NCBI GenBank assembly: GCA_013239625.1
Contig: MU054220.1
Span: 4,279,374 to 4,343,373, forward strand
From: Lama guanicoe
Lineage: Eukaryota
Reading direction: 5' to 3'
DNA: 64,000 bases
Shown: in pieces, positions 27,231-40,399 of the stretch
How the letters are laid out: each line of letters starts with the position of its first letter
Numbering within the stretch: position 1 is the stretch's first letter
The notes under the pieces: generated by a model
The model's database searches: none
Seen by the model: only the letters and a program-made list of their open reading frames with translations
What the model was told of the DNA's origin: nothing
Program-made: the position numbers and the translations under genes

Positions 27231-29818
27231 CCAGTGACAGAACCCTTTCTATATTTACACTGTCAATCTAATTATGTGCTATTGTACTTCCTATTTAATT
27301 TGGGGGTCGTCAGTGTGCAAGATAAAAACAATTACTGTGAAATATGGCAGTGTATTACAACAGAGGGAATGATGGACTGAGAATCTGCAATAGACGGGCC
27401 ATCACACTTCTGCAGATCCCCATTTCCTCATTTATAAACTAGGGTGATGGGCAGGTAGATCTTAAAAATAAGTAAGACTCTTTCTTCCTCTGTAAGAATG
27501 GAGCCAACAGAATATTACTCCTGGGTTGTAAGGATTAAATGACAGAAAATACACAACAGAACCTATCTGGGTACAAAAAACTACCCTCTGTAAACTTAAA
27601 TTTTCCCCTCTAGGGTCCCATCTAACTCTAGGATACACATTTCCACATGATAAAGCTTTACACTAGCAGCCTTACACTAACACCGCTTTACTTTTTAGAG
27701 TGCCACACCACTTACAAAATGCTTCCACATATATTATTTCATTAATATTTCAGAATAATCCGATGAGATAAGCAATATCCCCATTTTACAGATAAGGATA
27801 ATAAATTTCAAGGGGATAAGAAAGCAAAATATCAAGCTAATAAATGGTCTTGAACTCAGGTTGGATTCTAAAATGTCCTTTCCAGTGGCCTTGATTAGTA
27901 ATTGGCAATCAGTCGCTAACTGCACTGTTCTTCTGACGCTATCATTATCCCTAAACCCAGTCCTGCAGATGAGCAAATTCCTGCAAAGAGAGATTCAGTA
28001 TGTAACCTCAAGTTACTCGGATCATCACCAGGAAAGAAGGGATTAAAACGTGCAGTTCAGGAATTTTTGAGCTATAGTTAGCTTACTGAAGGCTCACAGG
28101 TTAAACCCATCTGAATGCCTCTCTGAAAATTCCAGCTACTATCTGAGTTTTAGCTACTTAACTTTCTTCTTTATACAGCAGTGAAATTCACATTTGGCTA
28201 GATGCCCGCCCGCCCTTCTATAAAAGCCAAACTACTGTCAAGAAGAGCAGGAAGGGTTGCCACTGATTGCTTTTCAGGTAGTGGAGGAAAAAGTTGACAT
28301 TTCATCCTCCTCCTGCTTGGAAAGGAAGCCAATCATTTATAAGAGCCCTCAGTCTGGCTGCGGCTTCCATCAGTGGGATGGACAGAAGCCAGTTAAATGG
28401 CTCAACATAAGCCATATTAAAAGAATTTGGAATGAGGAAAGCACGGGTTCCATATGCTGATGTTTTTAATAATTCATGAGTTATATCAGTCTGCAAGTAA
28501 TAAATCTCACTAAATATATCTATGGTAAGATGGCTTAAGACACTGTCTAATCAATTAAATGGTGAATACAATAAAGTAGGGGCAAATGTAATATATAACA
28601 TCATTGATTTTATCGGTTCATAATTTTATTATGTTAAAAGTAACAGTTTATCTGTTTAATAGCAAAAGATCGGATTATTCTTAGACACGGTCTTTAAACA
28701 CACACTTCTCATCCCTGGATCTGTTACTTAATACTGAAAACAGTTAAAAGAAGTGCTTCAAAGAAAAGACTAGTAACTTATCTGATTCAAACGAACAAGA
28801 CTGATCTATAATCCAGTGTTCAAGAATGTTCATGGTGAGAACCTACTACTTCTCATGAGAGGTGAAACAAATCCACAATTTCCTCTGACTATTCCACACC
28901 TGAAATACTCAGTTTGGAAAAGAGGCTCATTCTCCGGCCGGGCATAAAAATGTTTGCTGGCGGCTACTGAGTGTATTTTAGAGGTCCACTATGGTGTGGA
29001 GGAAGACTTCACTAGCGTGGTAAACAGAGACTCTTGGGAAAAATTAAGTTAAGCTGTGGCATCCAAGCTCAAAGCACCAACACATTTATGACCAAGAAGC
29101 CAAATCTTATGCATAGTTTTGAGCTGACGGGAGTGTAACACCACCATTAAAGTTGACACAAAGTGGGGAGAACAACCCCTAAAATGTAGTCATTTCTTAA
29201 TTCTTAGTTTCTCTGGAATTCCAGTAAGGTATGTGTTTTGTCTGCTATGTTTTATCTCTGCTTCCTCCTGGGGGAAAAAAAGGAGGTGGAGGGGGTGACG
29301 CATGAACCTGCAGGGCTAAAAGAACAGGCAAGGAGACAACAGTGGACAAGAGTTCAATACATTTGGGGAGGTGAACCAGATGGAGTCTCTTGCTAGACGA
29401 CACAAAGAAATGTGGGATAAAATACAACAAAAAATCTTTTTAAATATTCAGGGAATGGGAAGTTGCCAGGGACCAGAAATGGAGAGAAAATGGCAAGTGC
29501 GTGCTGAGGGCACAGGAGCTGGCTGGCACCGCAGTTCTTCAGTAGGGTGGAGGCTGTTGCTGGGCTTAGCGATGCAGGGGCTGGGGCTTCCACATCCCTG
29601 CTGGAAGAGGGACGTGGTGCTGGGCACAGAAGTCAGGGAGCTAGCAGTGAGACTTACACATACTCCAGAATCCTTACCGGCTGCACAGTCAGCAAATAGG
29701 TGGTCCAGAAAGTCACCCTCTCATAAGTGGAGACAACAGAAAAACATTTATCTTTTTCAGCCTGAGTTTGGGCTGGGGGTGCTTTCAACAGAGGCTACCC
29801 CTCAGAGAGGTTTGGTGT

Positions 29819-30091
29819 GTTTTTTTACTTTTTTGCTTTTTACTGAAAGATCGCCAGTTTACAATGTTGTGTCAGTTTCTGGTGTACAGCATAATGTTTC
29901 AATCACACATATACATTCATATATTCCTTTCCATATTCTTCCCCACTATAGGTTACCATAGGATACTGAATATAGTTCCCTGTGCTACACAGTATAAACT
30001 TGCCTATCTAGCCCACACACAGTAATCAGCATCTGCAAATCCTGAACCCCCAGTCTATCCCTTCCCACCCGCATTCTCCCCTGGTAACCAT
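29819..30091 (-). mobile_element. Short L1 3'-end insertion (cetartiodactyl-type 3' UTR) with target-site duplication
   Basis: T-rich tail followed by tttacaatgttgtgtcagtttctggtgtacagc...atagttccctgtgctacacag. Flanked by GAGGTTTGGTGT at 29807-29818 and 30092-30103. Confidence 0.85.
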
Positions 30092-30129
30092 GAGGTTTGG
30101 TGTTTAAATGGACTCTCCTTGTACAGTAT

Positions 30130-32580
30130 GGAAACCTCCCACTGAAAAATTAATGTTAAAAAGTGATTTATATCTGCGATACTTCTAGAACACATGGCAG
30201 AAGCAAAAAAACAAGAATAAACTCTCTGGAGAAATCCCCCCTTACCCTAGGAGGCAAAGATTTCCACAGAAAACCTTACTGAAGATGAACTCACATTCCA
30301 AAACTATAAAACACATAAGGAAACAATGTAACAAGAGCAACAGGTAGTAGATAAATGATAAGATCACTGCAAAATTGGATAATTGGAGAATATAAAGTAC
30401 ATCCTCGAATAAAGATATAAAAGAATGAAGTGAAAACATAAGGGAAAAAAAACACTTAAAAAAAAAAAAAGACCAGGAAGACAGATTTGAAAAATAATTA
30501 AGAAATCTAACCAAGGAGGTAAAAGAATTATACACAGAAAACTATAAGCCATTGATGAAGGAAATTAAAGAAGACTTTACAAAATGAAAAGATATCCCAT
30601 GTTCTTGGATTGGAAGAATCAATATTGTTAAAATGGTCACACTGCCCAAGGCAATCTACAGATTTAATACAGTCCCTATCAAATTACCCAGGACATATTT
30701 CACAGAACTAGAGCAAATCATAATAAAATTTATATGGAACCATCAAAGACCTAGAATTGCCAAAGCATTACTGAAGAGAAAGAAAGAGGCTGGAGGAATA
30801 ACTCTCCCAGACTTCAGACAATACTACAGAGCTACAGTCATCAAGACAGCATGGTATTGGTACCAAAACAGACATATAGACCAATGGAACAGAATAGAGA
30901 GCCCAGAAATGAACCCACAAACTTTTGGTCAACTCATCTTCGACAAAGGAGGCAAGAATATACAATGGAATAAAAACAGTCTCTTCAGCAAATGGTGTTG
31001 GGAAAACTGGACAGCAGCATGTAAAACAATGAAGCTAGAACACACAAAAATCAACTCAAAATGGATCAAAGACTTAAACATAAGACAAGATACAATAAAC
31101 ATAAGTCAAGATACAATAAACCTCCTAGAGGAAAATATAGGCAAAACATTATCTGACATACATCTCAAAAATGTTCTAGAACAGTCTGCTCAAGCAATAG
31201 AAATACAAGCAAGAATAAACAAATGGGACCTAATGAAACTTACAAGCTTCTGCACAGCAAAGGAAACCATAAGCAAAACAAAAAGACAACCTACGGATTG
31301 GGAAAAAAATTTTGCAAATGAAACCGACAAATGCTTGATCTCCAGAATACATAAACAGCTCATATGACTCAATAAGAAAAAAATAAACAACCCAATCCAA
31401 AAATGGGCAGATCTAAACAAGCAATTCTCCAAGGAAGACATACAAATGATCAATAAGCACATGAAAAAATGCTCAGTATCACTAATTATCAGAGAAATGC
31501 AAATCAAAACTACAATGAGGTATCACCTCACACCAGTCAGAATGGCCGTCATTCAAAAATCCACAAATGACAAATGCTGGAGAGGCTGTGGAGAAAAGGG
31601 AACCCTCCTTCACTGCTGGTGGAAATGCAGTTTGGTACAGCCACTGTGGAAAACAGTATGGAGATTCCTCAAAAGACTAGGAATAGACTTACCATATGAC
31701 CCAGGAATCCCACTCCTGGGCATATATCCAGAAGGAACCCTACTTCAGGATGACACCTGCACCCCAATGTTCATAGCAGCATTATTTACAATAGCCAAGA
31801 CATGGAAACAGCCTAAATGTCCATCAACAGATGACTGGATAAAGAAGATGTGGTATATTTATACAATGGAGTATTATTCAGCCATAAAAACCAACAATAT
31901 AACACCATTTGCAGCAACATGGATGCTCCCGGAGAATGTCATTCTAAGTGAAGTAAGCCAGAAAGAGAAAGAAAAATACCATATGCGATCGCTCTCATAT
32001 GTGGAATCTAAAAAAAACAAACAAAGCATAAATACAAAACAGAAATAGACTCACAGACATAGAATACAAACCTGTGGTTGCCAAGGGGGTGGGAGTGGGA
32101 AGAGATAGACTGAGATTTCAAAATTGTAGAATAGATAAACAAGATTATACTGTATAGCACAGGAAAATATATACAAGATCTTATGGTAGCTCACAGAGAA
32201 AAAAATGTGACAATGAATATATATATGTTCATGTATAACTGAAAAATTGTGCTCTACACTGGAATTTGACACAACATTGTAAAATGATTATAAATCAATA
32301 AAAAATGTTAAAAAAAAAAAAGAACAAAACAGATATGAAAAAATTATCCAGCATGCAGCAGAAAGAGATAAAAATGTGGAAACCATGAGGTGAAAAACCC
32401 TAAACCTGAGAGACAAAACAGAATGAAAGAAGTCTAACTTGTATTTAATAGGATAGCAAGAGGAAAGATTAGTGAGAATGACAGATACGTAATATTCAAA
32501 GAGAAAATGACTGAGAATTTTCAAACACTGATTAAAGACATGAACCTTAAGGTTAAAGAAGAAAAATCACTCTCCAAGGC
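30130..32580 (+). mobile_element. Old L1M ORF1-region fragment split by the young L1
   Basis: Degenerate ORF1-like sequence lies on both sides of the young L1: gaactcacattccaaaactataaaacacataagg and atattcaaagagaaaatgactgagaattttc. Confidence 0.6.
30500..32321 (+). mobile_element. Young 5'-truncated LINE-1: 3' part of ORF2, 3' UTR and poly(A)
   Basis: ORFs 30633..31367 and 31446..32048 are clear L1 ORF2 C-terminal sequence ([59 protein letters not shown]). AATAAA near 32297 is followed by an A tail. The 3' UTR resembles camelid L1 from memory. Confidence 0.96.
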
Positions 32581-32589
32581 AGACAGAAA

Positions 32590-33430
32590 ATGGGACTTAG
32601 AAAATCACCATTTGGCAACCATTGTAACAACTGATTTAGGTAAGAAATCATCAGTGGATGCTAAAACTAGTGGGTGAAAGTTTGAGGAGTAACAGGGTAT
32701 TTACACAGTCTCAAAGCATTTCCCCGCAAGACACGTTAAAAGAAAAGTCAGTTCACATTGGAGAAATTCAGCAGAAACCTGTGACTGAACTTATCATCAC
32801 CACTAATGGGACACACTGATATCATGTGTCCTCCACATGATACACCAACATTAGTTTTGTGATATTCCTGTCAAAGATGCACAATTTGAATTTCAATAAT
32901 TTGAAGTGGAATGCCTAATTTGATGCAAAAAGCATCAGACAAATCAAAATCAAGGCAAATCTTCCAAAATAACTGACATGTTCCCTTCAAAAAGGCCAAT
33001 GACATGTAGGACAAAGAAAGACTAAGAAACTGTTCCAGACAAAAGCAGACTAAAGAGACATGAAAACGGAATGCAATGAATGGTCTGGAATCTTCTTTTG
33101 TTATAATGGACATTATGAGGCTAATTGGCAAAATCTAAGTAAGGTTTATAGATATTATTAATAATACTGATCACTGCTTATTTCCAAATGATTTTGGTAA
33201 CTGTACTGTGATTCTATGAGAAATATAAAGGTGTATCATATTTGCAACTTCCAAATGGTTCAGGAAAAAATATATAAATATGAATACACACACAGAGAGA
33301 AAATAATAAAGGAAGTGTGGTTAAATATTAACATTTGAGGAATATGGGCAAAGGGTGTACAGAAGTTGTACTATTTTGGGGCCTTTAAGTCTGAAAATAT
33401 GTCAAAATAAAAAATTAAAATTAAAAAACT
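32590..33430 (+). mobile_element. L1MC-type 3' UTR
   Basis: aatcaccatttggcaacc, agactaagaaactgttccaga, aactgtactgtg and a terminal aaaataaaaaatt. Confidence 0.75.
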
Positions 33431-33499
33431 ATAGAAATTTTTCAGTCTGTTGAAGCAAACAAAAGACAGATAGAGGAACATAAACTACCTAGCAAAGCA

Positions 33500-35640
33500 T
33501 AAAAGCTAAGCCTTCCAAGGATGATGATAAGAAGACTCAGAAATTGGAGGTCCGAGGTTTCAGGAAGGAGGGACTCTCAAAACAGGAAGAAGGAACAGTT
33601 TGGCTCCAAGATCCCTGAAACCTACATGCACAGGCAGGCCAGCCCTCTCCCTGTCCCCACTTCCTCCCATCACCTTAGCAGAGAAGGGAGGTTTATCCTC
33701 TAGAGGAAATGAATTAAATCCCACACTCAGCGACATGAGCACAGAAGGCAGGGTGAGGTACCACACCGAACAGAGCAATCATCTATCAAATGAAGGATGA
33801 GAACCCGTATCCTTCCCTCATTCAGCTCACAAACGCGTGCAGCCCAGACTTATTATCCATCCTCTCCCCACTCCCAAGGGCAGAAACATTATTCTCTGGA
33901 TCAGGGAACCAATCCAACAGAAATAACCCATGAATACCAACACTAGGACAAATAATCAGGTCCCCATCCTCTTAACCATAGTAAAGTTCGTAAGTTGACA
34001 AGCCTGCCATGTACACAGAGCTTCTAATCAGATTTCAGTGCCTCACTCTTAAAGCAAGAGTAGACTGCTAAGAAACATCAGGTATTTAAGGAAAGCTTCA
34101 ATATGAGAGATAGAAATTAAAGAACTGAAAAAGGAATTCAAAGGAAATAAACAATATAGGGAGCTAAAAAAAATTTAAAAACCATAAACATCCTCAGAGA
34201 AAGTACATCCTTAAAACAAAAAATAGGAAGCTATAAAGATTAACTAGAAGTCAAGAAAGAACTCATAGAAATGAAAAGTGAACAAAATTTTTAAAATCAA
34301 AAGAAAAGTTAAAAGATAAAATTGAGAAAGTATCTCATAAAATAAAAGGTCCATTAAAACAGAGAGAAATGACAAATAGGACAGAAAAGATAAGAATGAG
34401 GATCAACCTAGCACATTCATCATCTAGGTAACCCAAGTTCCATAAAGAGGAAAAAGAGAAAGCAGGAAAAAAAGAAAAATATAAAACATGAAAATTTATC
34501 AGAATTTGATGGCTATTTCCTTACAAAGGGCCCAAATCAGCATCCAGTGAACAAAAAAACACTCATACCAAGGCATATCATCAAAGTTTCAGAAAAGAAT
34601 TTCCCAGGAAGATAAACATTTTCACATAGAAGGTGCAGGAATGAGAATGACATCTCACTCTTTGAGATTAAAACGGGAAGCTCAGAGGACAATGGAACAA
34701 TGCTTTCAAATTTATGAAGAAAACCCGCCTCAACTAGAATTCTGCACTGGCCCAACTCTTACTCAATGTGAAACAGAATAAATATGTTTTCAGACATGCA
34801 AGGTGACAACACATTTATGTCTCAATAGTTTCTTTTCTTGGGAAGCTTTTGGAAAAAATAAACCAAAAAAAGAGGAAGATGATAAAACTTGGAAACAAAG
34901 AATCCAACAAAGAAGAGAAAAAAGGGGGCTTTCTGAGAATCGTGGTGAACAGAGTATTCAGGATGAGTACCATACAGGAGACCGAGGAGCAATCAATCCA
35001 CACTGGAGCTGAAGTGCAGGGCTACGGAGAGGGGGATGGATGGGAGGGAGGGTAAGGAAGAGAGAGAAAGGGAGAAAGAAAGGGGGAAGGAGGGAGGAAA
35101 TCCTTGACCATTGCAGTCTTTTGTTGGAGAATTTAGTAAAAAGCAATGATAGGAACATGAAAAGCTAAGAGGGAAAATAAGGGCAGTTATAGATCCACTC
35201 CCTGGAAAATAAAGTTATACAGGAAAGGAAGCATAATCAGGTAATCATCATTTACTTCTTGGTTCAATTGGAAGCAATATTTACGTAGTCCTAATAATGC
35301 AACAATAAATACCGCTTTGATGAAAAATGGTGACACTGCCCCACTGGTCAGATAGGAGGAGAGAAATGGGTAGGAAGAAGGGAGAACAGGAAATGAAGCC
35401 CTAACTCGAACTCGGAGGAAGTAAAAAGATAATGCCTATGATTGAGACATCAAAAAATAGCACTATCAGCATTTTATCAGGAGACAGGAAAATAAGTCTC
35501 AGAGGAAAGCTAAAAGACTTGAAATCAGTTGCCCCTTGGGAACAGGACTTAATTTTAGTTACATACTTTATTTTACTACTTGAATTTTTAAACCATACAC
35601 ATGTTAAGCCATACCATTTTTTAAATACAAAATTAAGAAA
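33500..35640 (+). mobile_element. HAL1-like (ORF1-only L1 relative) element, degenerate
   Basis: ORF1-like body (gacaatggaacaatgctttcaaattt, caactagaattct) runs directly, without ORF2, into a HAL1-like 3' end (gcaatatttacgtagtcctaataatg, cagttgccccttggg). Confidence 0.65.
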
Positions 35641-37189
35641 TACGGCTGAGATACAAAAGAGAACCAAAAATCAAGAATCAACCTCCAGCTGGAGCAATGT
35701 AGAAATTTTTCTACTCTGCAGCTGTAATAACCCTTTTACTAGGAAACTACAGTCAAATACTAATTAATTGGTAGGCATGTAATTACAACAGGATATCAGA
35801 AATGAAAACAGGATTCGTTATCCTGATATTGTGATACCCAACAACTCCTTTTCCTGGTAACCTCTGCTGCTGAATCACTTAAGCAGACTCAAGGGAGAAT
35901 GAAAGTAGCCCCTGAAACAAGTGGAAAGGGAATTTGAGGTGCTAGTAAGTGACAGCTGGCACATGAAGGATGACTTTGCCAAAACGCTCAGTATGTTCTC
36001 AATTAATCCGCCGCCAGATCAAGCTCCCAGAGACTCTGAGAAATTGTTCTATTCGCTGCCCTCCTCCGTGTGACGTGAGGAAGCAGTCAGGTGTTGCCTC
36101 TTGAGAGCCAGAGCCATAAGAGCGAACTCTGCAAAAGCAACAGAGGTGGGACTGCAATCCAGGGAAACAATGCATGTGGTTTTCCCACCACCACCACTGG
36201 AGCTGCGGTGCAGGGGTGTGTCACACTGGTACCCTAGTCTCTCTTGACCAGGAAAGAGGCTCTGATCAACATGATCCTCTTCGCAACACTCCCAAGTTTG
36301 TCTCTCCATGTTCCTCACTTATCCACCCCACAGGCATCTGACTTGCGAGCTCATCTTTTCCATTTTCTGACTATCAGAACTGGCCAAGTCCTTGACTTGG
36401 GGCCAAGACCCAAAGACCAGACCCAGCTCTTTGGATCTTCCTGCATCTCTCCATCCACAGACCCAACTCTGCTTTCTTTATTCCCTGGCTACCGATGACC
36501 TGAGACTTTCAGGCTTGTTTCCACAGAAGCAACTACAGATACGAAACAATTCAATGGCACAGGCTACTCAAGGAAAGGTTTGGAATTGAGGACAGTAGAG
36601 TAGACCACCCGTGCAACCAGGATCTTGTAAATATGGCACCTTTAAAAACAAAAGACTTCAGAAGGCTTAAACTTACTTCAAGCTAAAATTTCTAAATTCC
36701 ATACATACCTCAGGTATATCTAAGCAGTGGGAGGAAGAAGGGGGGGAATAAGCCAAGAAGGCCTCCTGGGGGACCAGGGAGACTTTCAAATTCCAGAGAA
36801 ACATTCCACAACCTGGAAGTTAAAGGGCACGGTGTTGAGCTAAGCAGGCTGTTAACTGGCTATCTTTTCAACTCAGAGATCTGCTCTGTGCATCTGAGCT
36901 GGCGCTTCCTCGGCCTGCAGAGTGATTTACTGCTTGTTAGTATTTACAGCTGAGTGATATTTTCAGCGGCTTGTACAACCACAACCTTTGTGAATGAGGG
37001 CTGCTATCTGGACATCTAAGTACCGGCAGCCCTAAGTTCTCCATGTAGCTGAGACAGATGTGGGCTGAAGCCAGTCTCTGGATGCTTCTAATCCAAGCCC
37101 CAGGGTCCAAAAGAGGAACTGGATGGGGAGAGAGGGAGAGCCTTCTCTGGCCAGTGAGTCAGGACACACACAGTGAATCGATCCCACAT

Positions 37190-37365
37190 GAAAGTAGGGT
37201 CCCTGGACCAGCAGCCTCAACACCACTCGGGAACTTGCTAGAGACGCAAATTAGGACCCCATGCAGACCTACTCAATCTGAAACTGGTCAGGGGAGCGGC
37301 AGCCATCTATGTTTTCATGAGCCTTTCAGGAGCTTCTGGTGTGTACTAACATTGGAGAACCACTT
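37190..37365. mobile_element. MER5A-like hAT-Charlie element
   Basis: gtccctggaccagcagcctcaacaccactcgggaacttgctagagacgcaaatt...ttggagaaccact. Confidence 0.85.
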
Positions 37366-40300
37366 CCCTAAGAACTAGAGGCTCCAGCAAGCTCTGCTGC
37401 ATTGTACCCACAGCTCTGATCCCTGTTCCTCAGGGGTGATAACTGACAATCAAGTAAGTGCTCTCACATGATACTCCCACCTCTCGATCCTTCCCTTCCT
37501 ATCTTCAAAAGCTGGACTTGGACTGAGGCTTACGGGATGTCGAGGTAAGTATATAATCCTCCTCTACAGCCTTGCTTGCAGATAAGTTGCCACTCTGGCT
37601 AGATTTCATAGGAACAAGCTCTTGTTTTCAATCTCATTCTTATGCTGAGTATAACAATCCACTTTAGGTCATTTCCTCGTTTTTCTCATCAATTTTTGTC
37701 AACAGCCATGGAAGCCTTGCTATCTCCCCTTTCTGTTCTAGGTCTGGTATGGTCAATGCATTTAAAGAAAAAAATCTGGGTTATCTTTACTAGTGTTATC
37801 TCTGAGAGTAAATCTGAAAAAAAAAACCTGTCAAAAAGGACTGGGTAACTAAAATTAGGACATATTGATAAGGTGGAGCATAATCTTTCAACTCACATCA
37901 TAGAAAAATAACATGGGAAAATACTCACTCTACAACATGATTTTAGGACTATATTATAGTTTTCAAAAAATTGTCACTGAGCAGATACGGTTTTGTTGAC
38001 ACACGCAGAATCCAAAAATTTACAGTCTTGGCCCACTACATCCCTGCATCACATTTAATGCCCATTTATCTCGGTCTCTGTCCTCCAGACATGATCACGT
38101 TGGCAGAGAACCAGAAGTCAGGCGGGGGCGGGGGTCCAAGGAGCTCCCCAGACACACAGGCTATGCCCAGACGTAGGGACGAGGCCTGCCAAGGGGCAAG
38201 ACCAGAAATGACACAGACCTTAAAAGTGATACAGGTGCGGGGTATTTGGGGAGATGATAAAGTATTGCTGATATCTGCAAAAAAGGGAGAAAGATGAAAG
38301 CACAGAGAGACCAAAAAGGCAGTAAAATGCAGGCATCCTTGACGTGAGGAGCTAAGAACATTAATGATAAAAGCAAATGTGTCACCACCTCATAAAGAAC
38401 CTTCATTTGGTGAGAAATTCCTTCCAAAGAGAATATTCAAAACAAAGGGCCAATCTCTCCAGACCAGACAGATTTGCTACTTTAAAATTATGCTCCAGAA
38501 TTACTTTGCCAAGCTTTTTCAAGTTTTGAGAGTGTGGCCCAATGTGTATAATGTAATCGGCCTCCTCTCTGGCTACAGACAGGAACAGCAAAGCATTTGC
38601 TGACACCAATACCTGGTCTCTGCAAGGCCACCCCTCGCTGTCTTCATCATCCACACACATAGGCCTTTTTTTTTTTTAACATTAAACTACGGTAGTGGCA
38701 CCTGGCCAAAATAGGGCTCTTTACTTTCACCCCTCCTTGTCAGTCTGAGCAAGCTCAGTGCACAGCTGGAGGCCCTGACAGCAGATCTTTGAAAAAAACA
38801 GACCATCTTTTGATTTACTGACCAAGATCCACACCTCCTCCCACCCTGGGGTGACGGATATTGTAAATGTGCTGGAATCTAGAGGGGAGACTCCCCTGCA
38901 GGTTGGGCTCATAGTAATCACATCTAGAGTAGGTTAAATATTTCTGAAGGGGAGGGGTGAAGTTAACTATAAATAAATCAGTGTCACTCAGGCCTCCTGT
39001 TAGTTGCTTTCACTGAAGATGCAGAAATGTACAATCCACAGCTTTAAATCAAGGTTCTCACCACCTGAGCACCTAAAATTGTGGTAAATACTAAATTTCC
39101 CTAAAAAGGATTATTTAAGAAAGAGCTAAAGGAAAAATATAGAATATATTTTCCAGTTGCATATCCAGATCTATGCTTCTTAAAATACTTCTCATTTATG
39201 TTCTTTCCCAAATTATGAGTCCGGCACTTTGAGCATTTTGTTCTAAATTAAAATATATCCATTTCAAAACTACAGAATTTCATATACTAATTTCTCCTAG
39301 TCTATATTCTTATGAAATACAGAGACCAAAATTCCCACCATTTATTCTTACACACTCTCCTCAGAGCTTTAGATGAACAGTACAGAATAAAGTCCCTGTT
39401 TCCATGTTTTCCGGCTGGGTCATGACCATCCCACTTGTATGAATTCCCCTGCAGAGGGACACATTGATATTCTTTATCTCTAGCATGTACCATAAGCTTG
39501 GAATAGTGGGAATATTTCAATCCAGAGGAGGCTCAATGGCTCCCATAAAACTCCATAAGCAATTCAAGATCATCTGCAGGTCCAAGACCTAGGCTCTTGC
39601 TTGTTTACACCACTTGCCCATCATATGACCTCAGACAAGTCATCAGGCTCTGTAAGCCTCACTGCTCTATAGATGAGAAAGAATCTACCACTTTCCCCAC
39701 CTTCCCAACAGGGTGAAGGTCAAATAAAACAATGGCTGTTATAACAGCATGTGAGTGGGCCTTGGATGGCTCAAGTCTGGGATTCCAATCTTCCTCCTTC
39801 CCTCCCTCTTTCCTTTCTTTATGTATCAAGGGCCCCCTGTCTGAATTACATTGTCCTAGATATTATGAGGTATACCAAGATAACTCAGAAATTCCCTTAA
39901 GAAGCTTAAAACTTTACAGGAAATTATACTTCTATGCATGTTAAAACATGTTAAATGATAGGAAAGACATAGATAATATGCTTTCAGAATTACAAGGAAG
40001 AAAGATTACTTCCTGCTTAGGGGGTCCAGGAAAACCTCATGGAGGAAGGGATATATGAGCAGACCCCTGAAATCTGGATAAAATGTGGATGACTGGAGGT
40101 GATGGGGAAGAAGGGCATCTCAGTGAAAGACCCACACTCAAAGGCACGGGGAGGTCAAAGCTGGGTTGCCAGAAATCGAGAGCTCCTGGAAAGGCAGACT
40201 GGGGCTGGACTAGGTACTGCAGTCAGACTGAGTTTGGACCCTAACACCGCCCTTGCCCACATTCCGCATCTGGATAAACTACACCATATTCCTCACTCTT

Positions 40301-40399
40301 CCTAAACTCCCCTACTGGCCAGTTAGAATAGTAATTCTCCCTGATACGGCTAAAATTTGTCCTCTATTAATCCTCATCTGGATTCCTGAAATTCCAGTC

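Noticed and set aside
29371..29961. 196-aa ORF
   Set aside because: It runs from unique sequence into an antisense L1 3' UTR and shows no protein similarity I recognise.
18748..33696. Identical 17-mer AGAGAAGGGAGGTTTAT at 18748-18764 and 33680-33696, suggesting a duplication
   Set aside because: Both copies head similar A-rich ORF1-like elements, so independent copies of one repeat family explain it better.
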